Source of the DNA: a virus
Virus record (IMG/VR): IMGVR_UViG_3300020029_000021
Coordinates: 1 to 6,062 of that record
Direction: 5' to 3' (one strand)
Length of the DNA: 6,062 bases
This document shows positions 1-5,281 of the stretch, one piece after another. The position numbers and the translations under genes are program-made. How positions within the stretch are numbered: the first letter of the stretch is position 1; every line of letters starts with the position of its first letter. A model generated the notes under the pieces. The model made no database searches, had not been told where the DNA came from, and saw nothing but the letters and a program-made list of their open reading frames with translations.

Positions 1-121
1 CCTCGTCGTAAGAGGCTCGAAATTCGTTAAAACACGGCTCGTAAGCCACAGTTTCCGTGGCCGAGGTTGTTCCGAATCCAAATTGAAATCCAGGAACGTC
101 CTGGTATCCAATGTCGTTGTA
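1..121. repeat. Terminal direct repeat, copy 1. It is identical to 5942..6062 and is the overlap left by assembling a circular genome.
   Basis: Base-by-base comparison shows 1..121 equals 5942..6062 (offset 5941). The minus-strand capsid reading frame continues without interruption across the implied junction. Confidence 0.97.
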
Positions 122-1543
122 AATCGGGTTAAAATAATCGGGACCAGTATAATGAAGATAATCCGGGTAAATTCCTGCCCAATAGTAGACAGGGCGAATA
201 CTCAGCATATCAATCATATAACCAGGTTCGCGGAAATAATAAGACTGACGACGACCGAGGCGCTCATTAAAGGCGATAGCACCACCTTGTTGACCAAGAG
301 GGCCACTCGAGGAATCACCTCCAAAATTGTTAAAGCCAGCCTGATTCATAACAACCTGAACGTTAACAGTTTGCGAAGCGCTAAAAAGAAGCTTGGGACG
401 GTCTACATGCTCAATTTTGGAAGCAAAAAACGTCTCCAACCAATCACTATAACGACTACCGCCAGCGCCGAGTAAATCCTTGTACTCCTGGAGACGAGAA
501 GCAATAGCCAGTTGCGGTATAGTGGAAACGCCAGACATGGAAACACCATCAGAACTACCAACGGGAAGTAAACGGCTATAACGGTCAGGATTCGAAGGCA
601 CAACAGCCATCGGGTGAGATACGAGGAACGCTCCAAGCGTGGTAACGGTCGTAGCGCCAGGATCGACAGAGAACTGATTCGTGGGACCTGCGGTAGACAA
701 TGAGGTGCTACCGGGATAGATAGAAGAAACGGGGTACCCATTCTTAGAGGCGGTAATTGTAGCGCCGAGGTCCGAAAGAACTATCTGGGAAAAAAGATTC
801 CCTCTATTATACGTATTATTCGAAGACGACACGGCCGAAGGATAGAACTGACTCTCGAAATAAGCATCCAAAAATTCAAGGTTACCAAATCTTTGAGAAA
901 AGAATCTCGAATCGGCTCCGAACTGAAGAACGTTATACGCAGCACCGGTACTATTAGGAATGAAATACCAACTACCGGGCCAAGCAAAAGAGTAGAGTCC
1001 CCACTGGGAGTAACTGTAGTAATTACGAACAATGTCCCAATAAGCCAAATAAGAGTCGGCAGTACACCAACCTAAAGGGTACGCCAACTGAGCGGCCGAG
1101 AGGTTAGGCGACATAGGGACATTACTGGAGGTCGACGCCGGAATGGAAGCAGGAATGATACGCAACCAACGAAGCAGCGAATTAGAGTAGGGGTAGTTAT
1201 CGGTAGTAAATTCGTAAGAACCAGTCGTCGAAGCGGCAACAAAGTTCAGACTCAAGTTGTTCATATCGAATTTGCTGCTATTCGTCCTCATCTCGGGATG
1301 ATATAGCTGAAGCGGCACCCAAAAGCGATGAAGCCGAACAGTATAGGGGTTAAACGTCGGAACAGCAAGAGGATTGCTACGAACATCAATGCCCTGCTCG
1401 ATAGCTACACGGTCACGAGCATTAATAAAATCGATTCGCACAGGATACAAAATACCCGGTGTGCACGTAAAGGCCTTACTCTCAGGGACGTCGTACCGAG
1501 AGTAGCCATTTACGGTGTGTGAGATAAAAGGTTGTTTTCCCAT
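1..1543 (-). CDS. VP1: Major capsid protein VP1 (Microviridae F/VP1 family), 5' portion of 514 codons plus 1 nt. It runs off the window start and continues at 5941..5694 through the circular junction, giving 596 aa in total.
   Basis: Manual translation from the ATG at 1543..1541 found no in-frame stop down to position 1. The product reads MGKQPFISHTVNGYSRYDVPESKAFTCTPGILYPVRIDFINARDRVAIEQGIDVRSNPLAVPTFNPYTVRLHRFWVPLQLYHPEM ... GGSRYSDWLETFFASKIEHVDRPKLLF ... YYFREPGYMIDMLSIRPVYYWAGIYPDY ... AYEPCFNEFRASYDEV. These segments look like microvirus capsid proteins. The frame (codon ends congruent to 2 mod 3) maps onto the frame of track ORF 5694..5990 after adding 5941. The ORF is absent from the track only because it has no stop inside the window. 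Confidence 0.95.
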   Translation of the reverse strand, partial: MGKQPFISHTVNGYSRYDVPESKAFTCTPGILYPVRIDFINARDRVAIEQGIDVRSNPLAVPTFNPYTVRLHRFWVPLQLYHPEMRTNSSKFDMNNLSLNFVAASTTGSYEFTTDNYPYSNSLLRWLRIIPASIPASTSSNVPMSPNLSAAQLAYPLGWCTADSYLAYWDIVRNYYSYSQWGLYSFAWPGSWYFIPNSTGAAYNVLQFGADSRFFSQRFGNLEFLDAYFESQFYPSAVSSSNNTYNRGNLFSQIVLSDLGATITASKNGYPVSSIYPGSTSLSTAGPTNQFSVDPGATTVTTLGAFLVSHPMAVVPSNPDRYSRLLPVGSSDGVSMSGVSTIPQLAIASRLQEYKDLLGAGGSRYSDWLETFFASKIEHVDRPKLLFSASQTVNVQVVMNQAGFNNFGGDSSSGPLGQQGGAIAFNERLGRRQSYYFREPGYMIDMLSIRPVYYWAGIYPDYLHYTGPDYFNPIYNDIGYQDVPGFQFGFGTTSATETVAYEPCFNEFRASYDE

Positions 1544-1546
1544 AAA

Positions 1547-2617
1547 TTAAATGTTTAGTTGAAGTTTATAATGTTCTCGCCAAAACTGGAGAATGTCCAA
1601 ATCCAACCAAGTAGGGGGATCAAAGTCGGGCATTTTCCGGGAAGAGGAAGAGAAGCGCATTATTTGCTTTTGCTCCCACGTGTATGACGCTCTACGGGAT
1701 ACGGCGGAATTGAGATTGAACCGCTCAACACACAAAGACACAATACGCTTAACCAAAGGAGACTTGCTAAAACGTGCATAAGCGTCAGCAGCGGTAATCG
1801 AGCGTACCACCTCATCCTCCGATTTAAGGTACTTAAGGTAATATCGAGGAATCGCGTATTTATAATTGATATCCTTCTCACTATCATAATAAGACCACGA
1901 CGAAACGCGAGCAGAAGGACGAGGCATATAGCCAAGAAAATCACCAACGCCAGCAGATACGAATTTTCGCGTATAGCGGCGATGCTGGAGGAGGCAAGAT
2001 AAAGGTGTAAGATTTCCATCTACGGTAACATGTTTATCCGAGATTTCCTCGGGATTAAATTGAATCTGTTTAGTAACATACTTTACGCAATAGCGAGCGC
2101 GTTTGTGGGTGGCCTTCGCGAGCCACACAAAGCCAAGGTCTCGAACGGCAGAGCGAATAGTGTTATAGAGAACATTTGTGCCAAACAGAAAACCATGGAA
2201 ATGTAATCGAGGCTCATTTCCTGTCTCCGGGTGAGTGCCGAACTCCTGGAAAAAGGCATGCTTGAACGAATGGCCGAGTTTATGCCGCAAGCGCTCATTG
2301 AAGCGGCGGATGAATCGGGAGGGGTCGAGCAAGGCTTCATTATAATACTTCGGAGCAATAGTTATTGTAATAAAAATAGCCTGCTGATCATTAGCCTTGC
2401 AGTAGGCGAGCTCACGCTCTAGCCTAACAAACCAACTATTACGCTGACGACGCAAGCAGTCTTCACACTTTCCGCAGGGGACCATCAGCCACTGGCGAGC
2501 GACATCCCAGGGTCGAAGAGCTAAAGCCGACTTAGCGACATCAGAACCACTTCGGCAAGGATTTTTCTTGTCGAAATAACGGCGGTTGCGAATCCATATG
2601 GGAGACGAACAAGGCAT
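1547..2617 (-). CDS. VP4: Replication initiation protein VP4 (rolling-circle HUH endonuclease, phage gpA family), 356 aa from the ATG at 2617.
   Basis: The N-terminus MPCSSPIWIRN is typical of microvirus Rep proteins. It has a CxxCxxC element (PCGKCEDCLRRQRNSW), motif 1 (AIFITITIAP), the HUH motif (RLHFHGFLFG) and a double-tyrosine motif (YCVKYVTK, compare phiX174 A YVAKYVNK). The track start at 2638 is a TTG. The ATG at 2617 overlaps the upstream ORF stop as TAATG. The stop lies 3 nt before the VP1 ATG. Confidence 0.93.
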   Translation of the reverse strand: MPCSSPIWIRNRRYFDKKNPCRSGSDVAKSALALRPWDVARQWLMVPCGKCEDCLRRQRNSWFVRLERELAYCKANDQQAIFITITIAPKYYNEALLDPSRFIRRFNERLRHKLGHSFKHAFFQEFGTHPETGNEPRLHFHGFLFGTNVLYNTIRSAVRDLGFVWLAKATHKRARYCVKYVTKQIQFNPEEISDKHVTVDGNLTPLSCLLQHRRYTRKFVSAGVGDFLGYMPRPSARVSSWSYYDSEKDINYKYAIPRYYLKYLKSEDEVVRSITAADAYARFSKSPLVKRIVSLCVERFNLNSAVSRRASYTWEQKQIMRFSSSSRKMPDFDPPTWLDLDILQFWREHYKLQLNI

Positions 2618-2817
2618 TAGAGTAAACTTCGAAGACAATCAAATTTAATACTAGGGTGGTCGAGACGACAACGAATAAGGTAATCATTCGCAGGGGTCTC
2701 GTCGGCGAACCAAGCAATAACAACTCGTTTCCGACCTCTGTATGCGCCAATAGAATAGCGATGAGGAATGCTATTGATAGTAGGGGAGAATCTAGGACGA
2801 AAATCGAAATAATCCAT
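2617..2817 (-). CDS. Hypothetical small, mildly basic protein of 66 aa from the ATG at 2817, possibly translationally coupled to VP4.
   Basis: The product is MDYFDFRPRFSPTINSIPHRYSIGAYRGRKRVVIAWFADETPANDYLIRCRLDHPSIKFDCLRSLL. Its TAA stop (2619..2617) shares one base with the VP4 ATG (2617..2615). It sits where small VP5/J-like proteins sit in related genomes. I recognise no motif. No clear promoter lies between the upstream terminator and this ORF. Confidence 0.5.
   Translation of the reverse strand: MDYFDFRPRFSPTINSIPHRYSIGAYRGRKRVVIAWFADETPANDYLIRCRLDHPSIKFDCLRSLL
2640..2672 (-). promoter_or_regulatory. Candidate Bacteroidota-type promoter P2 for VP4 and downstream genes, located inside ORF66.
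   Basis: The minus strand reads GTTG-N21-TAAATTTG. The -7 box (plus strand caaattta, 2640..2647) matches TAnnTTTG exactly. The -33 box matches TTTG at 3 of 4 positions. The -7 box ends 22 nt upstream of the VP4 ATG. It shares the 9-mer TTGTCGTCT at the -33 position with P1. Confidence 0.35.
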
Positions 2818-2820
2818 AGT

Positions 2821-2864
2821 CAAAAAAAATACTTTGCGCTTCGAAAGACGGTACTTTCGAACGC
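2821..2864 (-). terminator. Hairpin followed by a T8 tract directly upstream of the ORF66 start. It may be a second terminator or attenuator, or a U-rich translation leader.
   Basis: The minus strand reads GCG-TTCGAAAG-TACCGT-CTTTCGAA-(G)-CGC, then AAAGTA, then TTTTTTTT, then GACT-ATG. The core stem is 8 bp and perfect, with 3 further bp across a 1-nt bulge. The 6-nt spacer between stem and T tract is not canonical for an intrinsic terminator. Confidence 0.3.
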
Positions 2865-2967
2865 GAAAACTACTACGTTTCGCCGGCCGACAGCCTTAAC
2901 GGCTGGGACGCTGCGCGTCTTCGGCCTCCATGGCTTCACTCCGTTTGGGATATACCGGCAAAGCCGG
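2863..2967 (-). other. Cluster of GC-rich stem-loops in the large intergenic region, including a compact three-way junction. It is a candidate ssDNA origin or priming structure, or a structured RNA.
   Basis: Hairpin GCGAAA(2863..2868)/TTTCGC(2878..2883). Three-way junction 2885..2926: outer stem GGCCGA/TCGGCC encloses CAGCC-TTAAC-GGCTG (2891..2905) and GACGC-TGC-GCGTC (2907..2919), giving 16 Watson-Crick pairs in 42 nt. Hairpin CCGGC-AAA-GCCGG (2955..2967). No ORF explains this region. Confidence 0.6.
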
Positions 2968-2972
2968 TGGAC

Positions 2973-3008
2973 AAAAAAGCCCACAGGAGAAGGAATATCT
3001 CCTGGGGC
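2973..3008 (-). terminator. Rho-independent terminator downstream of ORF107.
   Basis: The minus strand reads GCCC-CAGGAGA-TATTCCT-TCTCCTG-(T)-GGGC followed directly by TTTTTTG. The stem has 11 bp with one bulge and is GC-rich at its base. The structure begins 45 nt after the ORF107 stop codon. Confidence 0.75.
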
Positions 3009-3053
3009 CTAACAAATCAAAGAACTTTTCCACCAAGCGGGCGGGTTACTACT

Positions 3054-3377
3054 TTAGTTCCCTTTCCCTTCTTCCTGCGACGTGCCTTCATCGGGAGTCA
3101 AATCAAAGTCAAACATAAGAACAAATGTATTGTCGAAAAACTCGACATCAAAATTTGGATACGTGCTCAAGGCGCCCATGAGGCCCGAAACAGAACGATG
3201 CTCAATATAGGGAGAATCAGCAATACTGGAATGCTCAACATAGGTAGAAATGGGGGTACGCTTAAGAGCATCAAGAGAGAGCGCCGAGAACTGTCCATTT
3301 TCAATGTAGCCTACCTGGACAAGATCAATCTTAAAGGCAGGATTAATGCGACGAATAACAACATGAATCTGTGTCAT
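3054..3377 (-). CDS. Hypothetical acidic protein of 107 aa from the ATG at 3377.
   Basis: The product is MTQIHVVIRRINPAFKIDLVQVGYIENGQFSALSLDALKRTPISTYVEHSSIADSPYIEHRSVSGLMGALSTYPNFDVEFFDNTFVLMFDFDLTPDEGTSQEEGKGN. I count about 15 D/E against 7 K/R. The ATG lies 16 nt after the ORF104 stop. The longer track start at 3491 is a GTG and would overlap ORF104 by about 100 nt. A strong terminator follows. I recognise no family. Confidence 0.7.
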   Translation of the reverse strand: MTQIHVVIRRINPAFKIDLVQVGYIENGQFSALSLDALKRTPISTYVEHSSIADSPYIEHRSVSGLMGALSTYPNFDVEFFDNTFVLMFDFDLTPDEGTSQEEGKGN

Positions 3378-3393
3378 AATTAAAGAGGTTGAG

Positions 3394-3708
3394 TTAAAAG
3401 CGAAAAAAGTATTTACAAAAATCTGACCAGCGCCGAGATGCGTCACACCAGAATTCACGACCTTCGGGGGTTGATTCGAAAAGGAATGCACCAGTCATAA
3501 GAAAAGAATAATCGGTAACGGGAAATGCTGCATAAGTACGAATGCGAAGCCGAATGTAGCTGCGAGCAGACATAGTAGTGTGTCTGTCCGCCACGAGATT
3601 CTTCGCGAATCTACGATAAAGACGATTTCGAATAAGCCACTCAACGAAAAGGTAGTCTAAAGCATCAACTCGTAAATCAAACTGACTAAAAGATTTTTGT
3701 GCTTTCAT
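3394..3708 (-). CDS. Hypothetical basic protein of 104 aa.
   Basis: The product starts at an ATG and reads MKAQKSFSQFDLRVDALDYLFVEWLIRNRLYRRFAKNLVADRHTTMSARSYIRLRIRTYAAFPVTDYSFLMTGAFLFESTPEGREFWCDASRRWSDFCKYFFRF. I count about 18 K/R against 11 D/E. The C-terminal F-x-F-x-x-TPEG-x-x-FW-x(6)-W pattern looks like something I have seen in small uncharacterised phage proteins, but I cannot name a family. It is the first gene after candidate promoter P1. Confidence 0.75.
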   Translation of the reverse strand: MKAQKSFSQFDLRVDALDYLFVEWLIRNRLYRRFAKNLVADRHTTMSARSYIRLRIRTYAAFPVTDYSFLMTGAFLFESTPEGREFWCDASRRWSDFCKYFFRF

Positions 3709-3734
3709 AATAGTGTGGTTATTGGTTTACAATG

Positions 3735-3765
3735 CAAACATACAACAAAGGGAATAGACGACAAA
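3735..3765 (-). promoter_or_regulatory. Candidate Bacteroidota sigma-AB type promoter P1 (-33 TTTG / -7 TAnnTTTG) driving ORF104 and ORF107.
   Basis: The minus strand reads TTTG-tcgtctattccctttgttg-TATGTTTG. The -33 box is plus-strand caaa at 3762..3765, the spacer is 19 nt, and the -7 box is plus-strand caaacata at 3735..3742. It lies in the 80-nt gap between the VP2 stop and the ORF104 start, and the -7 box ends 26 nt upstream of the ATG. Confidence 0.65.
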
Positions 3766-3788
3766 GTTCAAAAGGTCGAAAAGAATGT

Positions 3789-5057
3789 TTAATTTCTCCC
3801 ACGATAGGTGCGGCGGGCATAGGTAGCACCTTCTCTGTCGCCGTTAGGTCCGTAAAACTCCCTCAACTCTTCGTAACCTTCGGGTCCGGCAGGACCTGCG
3901 GCCTTGCGACCAACATAGGAAGCACCGGCAACGCCTGCGGCAGTAGCAAAGGACCGAATAATGTCATGAGCAAGACGAAGGCGAGAATTACGCAAATCCC
4001 AGCGAGCATTCCCAGTCTCAAGTTGAGCAGCTTCAGCAGCAGCAGACTTCAAAATAGCCGTAGTTTCGGCAACTTTCATCATCTTCGTCTCAACGACCTC
4101 ACCTTTATCATTGCGAATCTGAACAGGAACTTCCTTCTCCCAGTTGAGTTCATACCAATTCTGCAAATCCTTGAGTTCTTGATAGTTAAGTTTCGTACGA
4201 GACTTGGACTCAGCAGCGGCGGAAACGTTGGCGATAGCCGAAGACCAGGCAACAGCGAGGGCAGCTCCAGCTTGAGGCTCAAACCAATCATTCACCATAC
4301 GAATATTCTGATATTTTTCCTCCAGAATGCCAGCCATAGCCATAATAGAAGACATTTTGTAACCTTGAGTAATATTGGCTAAATAAGCGTCAATCGCCAC
4401 AATCTGAGCCTGCGCTTCATGAAGGTTGGCGAGCTCACGGGCATCTTTGACATTATGCTGCGCAATCTGTAATTCAAGATTATCCATTTTCTCTCGCCAC
4501 TCTTGCGTATGAGTGTTACCACGAAGATTTTCTGCTTCCGCATCATCTCGGTTAGCGGCAGCAGTATTGCGGTCAACCGTGGACCGAGCAACCATATTCT
4601 GCGCGATAGCGGCGGGGTCACCGGGGACGAAAGCACCAGGGCTAACTGGAGAACCGCCGGAAGGGCCGGAAGCGGAGGGCATGCCTGCAGAACCGCCAGA
4701 CATAGTAGCGTTGATACCAACACCCGAAGAGCCTAAAACAGCAGCAGGGGTTACGCCAGCCTTCAAATAACGGTCAAAGACCTTTGAGGGATCATTATAT
4801 GAATTTTCATAATCAAACTGCTTTTGCCAATTAGTATAAGAAAGCTCAGACTGTCTCTGCATCTGCTCCAAAGCATATTTCTGCTGAAGAGCCATCTGCT
4901 TCTGCTGAAAACGCCATTGGCGACGAGCGTTCATGCCGCCAAAAAGCTGGCCTAAAAAGCCATTAATCAGGCCGGTAGTGCCGGTAGAGGCGGCAGATTC
5001 TCCAAGGGCGCGGCCGAAAGAGGCAGCACCGGCGGCTGCAATAACAGGGGCGGGCAT
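3789..5057 (-). CDS. VP2: Minor capsid / DNA pilot protein VP2-like, 422 aa.
   Basis: It has a Gly/Ala-rich hydrophobic N-terminus (MPAPVIAAAGAASFGRALGE...GLINGFLGQLFGG) and a Q-rich helix (RRQWRFQQKQMALQQKYALEQMQRQ). FDRYLKAGVTPAAVLG resembles the AGLNP..L motif I recall in microvirus pilot proteins. It also has a Gly/Ser/Pro-rich linker and a long helical, coiled-coil-like centre (REKMDNLELQIAQHNVKDARELANLHEAQAQIVAIDAYLANI). Its size and gene context fit VP2. Confidence 0.85.
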   Translation of the reverse strand: MPAPVIAAAGAASFGRALGESAASTGTTGLINGFLGQLFGGMNARRQWRFQQKQMALQQKYALEQMQRQSELSYTNWQKQFDYENSYNDPSKVFDRYLKAGVTPAAVLGSSGVGINATMSGGSAGMPSASGPSGGSPVSPGAFVPGDPAAIAQNMVARSTVDRNTAAANRDDAEAENLRGNTHTQEWREKMDNLELQIAQHNVKDARELANLHEAQAQIVAIDAYLANITQGYKMSSIMAMAGILEEKYQNIRMVNDWFEPQAGAALAVAWSSAIANVSAAAESKSRTKLNYQELKDLQNWYELNWEKEVPVQIRNDKGEVVETKMMKVAETTAILKSAAAEAAQLETGNARWDLRNSRLRLAHDIIRSFATAAGVAGASYVGRKAAGPAGPEGYEELREFYGPNGDREGATYARRTYRGRN

Positions 5058-5058
5058 G

Positions 5059-5250
5059 CTACATATTAGTTAAATTGTTAGAGCGAATAATGTAATCGAC
5101 ACGCACTGTATCGACGTGAACACCGCTACGCTGCATTCGTGCTTGAGCAGAACAAGATGAAAGAAAGAAAGCGGCCAAAGCAGCAACGATAGACGAAACG
5201 AGTGTCCAAAACGCTTTCGACTTATAAAAGGGTTGTTTAGTATCAGACAT
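5059..5250 (-). CDS. Small predicted lipoprotein of 63 aa (31-aa mature peptide). It is a candidate lysis or receptor-masking/superinfection-exclusion protein.
   Basis: From the ATG at 5250 the product is MSDTKQPFYKSKAFWTLVSSIVAALAAFFLSSCSAQARMQRSGVHVDTVRVDYIIRSNNLTNM. It has a Lys-containing n-region, a hydrophobic h-region, and the lipobox L-S-S-C. The TAG stop is 1 nt from the VP2 ATG (ATGTAGCATG). The longer track start at 5355 is a GTG and would read through the intergenic hairpin. Confidence 0.7.
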   Translation of the reverse strand: MSDTKQPFYKSKAFWTLVSSIVAALAAFFLSSCSAQARMQRSGVHVDTVRVDYIIRSNNLTNM

Positions 5251-5281
5251 AGGGATAAAATTTAAAGAACGATAGAAAAAT

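Noticed and set aside
1-121. The 121-bp terminal direct repeats could be LTR-like ends, att sites or transposon boundaries.
   Set aside because: The capsid ORF reads straight through the junction in frame and the repeats are exact. This is what a circular genome looks like when an assembler linearises it. No integrase or transposase is present.
403-741. A 112-aa ATG-initiated hydrophobic ORF is embedded in VP1. The neighbouring 781..1032 ORF is similar. Together they suggest a phiX174 E-like embedded lysis gene.
   Set aside because: Every long alternative-frame ORF I checked inside a gene on the coding strand (403..741, 781..1032, 1660..2019, 2083..2358, 4079..4291, 4379..4723, 5369..5719, 5729..6052) is in the same +1 frame relative to the host gene. 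In that frame the second codon position equals the host third position. By eye that position is T-rich, which both depletes stop codons and yields Leu/Phe/Ile/Val-rich pseudo-proteins. That is a systematic compositional artefact. An embedded gene cannot be fully excluded without comparative data.
1660-2019. A 119-aa hydrophobic ORF lies inside the VP4 gene.
   Set aside because: It shows the same +1-frame, T-rich-third-position artefact as above, and I see no independent start context.
2618-2638. The ORF track gives upstream-extended starts: VP4 at 2638 (TTG), ORF66 at 2823 (TTG), ORF107 at 3491 (GTG) and the lipoprotein at 5355 (GTG).
   Set aside because: Each has an in-frame ATG downstream that gives tight, non-overlapping gene packing (TAATG coupling, a 16-nt spacer, a canonical Rep N-terminus and a canonical signal peptide). 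The extensions would overlap upstream genes or read through intergenic hairpins.
2885-2926. The three-way junction could be a tRNA or tRNA-like gene.
   Set aside because: It is only 42 nt with two arms. It has no acceptor stem, anticodon arm or T-loop features. It is better described as a structural DNA or RNA element.
2929-2934. Short palindromes (CCATGG at 2929..2934, CTGCAG at 5294..5299) and A/T runs could be restriction-related or regulatory signals.
   Set aside because: Six-base palindromes are expected by chance at this length. The CTGCAG is already accounted for as part of the intergenic hairpin.
3110-3117. There is a second exact copy of the -7 box TATGTTTG inside ORF107, and a TAAGTTTG box at 5474..5481 inside ORF98.
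   Set aside because: No TTTG-like -33 element lies at a 19-21 nt spacing (the nearest are 4, 31 and 25 nt away), and no ORF start lies immediately downstream. An 8-mer with two free positions is expected by chance a few times in 6 kb.
3732-4382. A 216-aa plus-strand ORF is antisense to VP2. Other plus-strand ORFs include 83..475, 2656..3012, 2930..3118, 2967..3383 and 4513..4770.
   Set aside because: Microviridae genomes are transcribed from one strand. These ORFs are antisense to well-supported genes or run through the terminator and hairpin region. At least two use GTG starts (2656, 2967). Their sequences look low-complexity or arbitrary.
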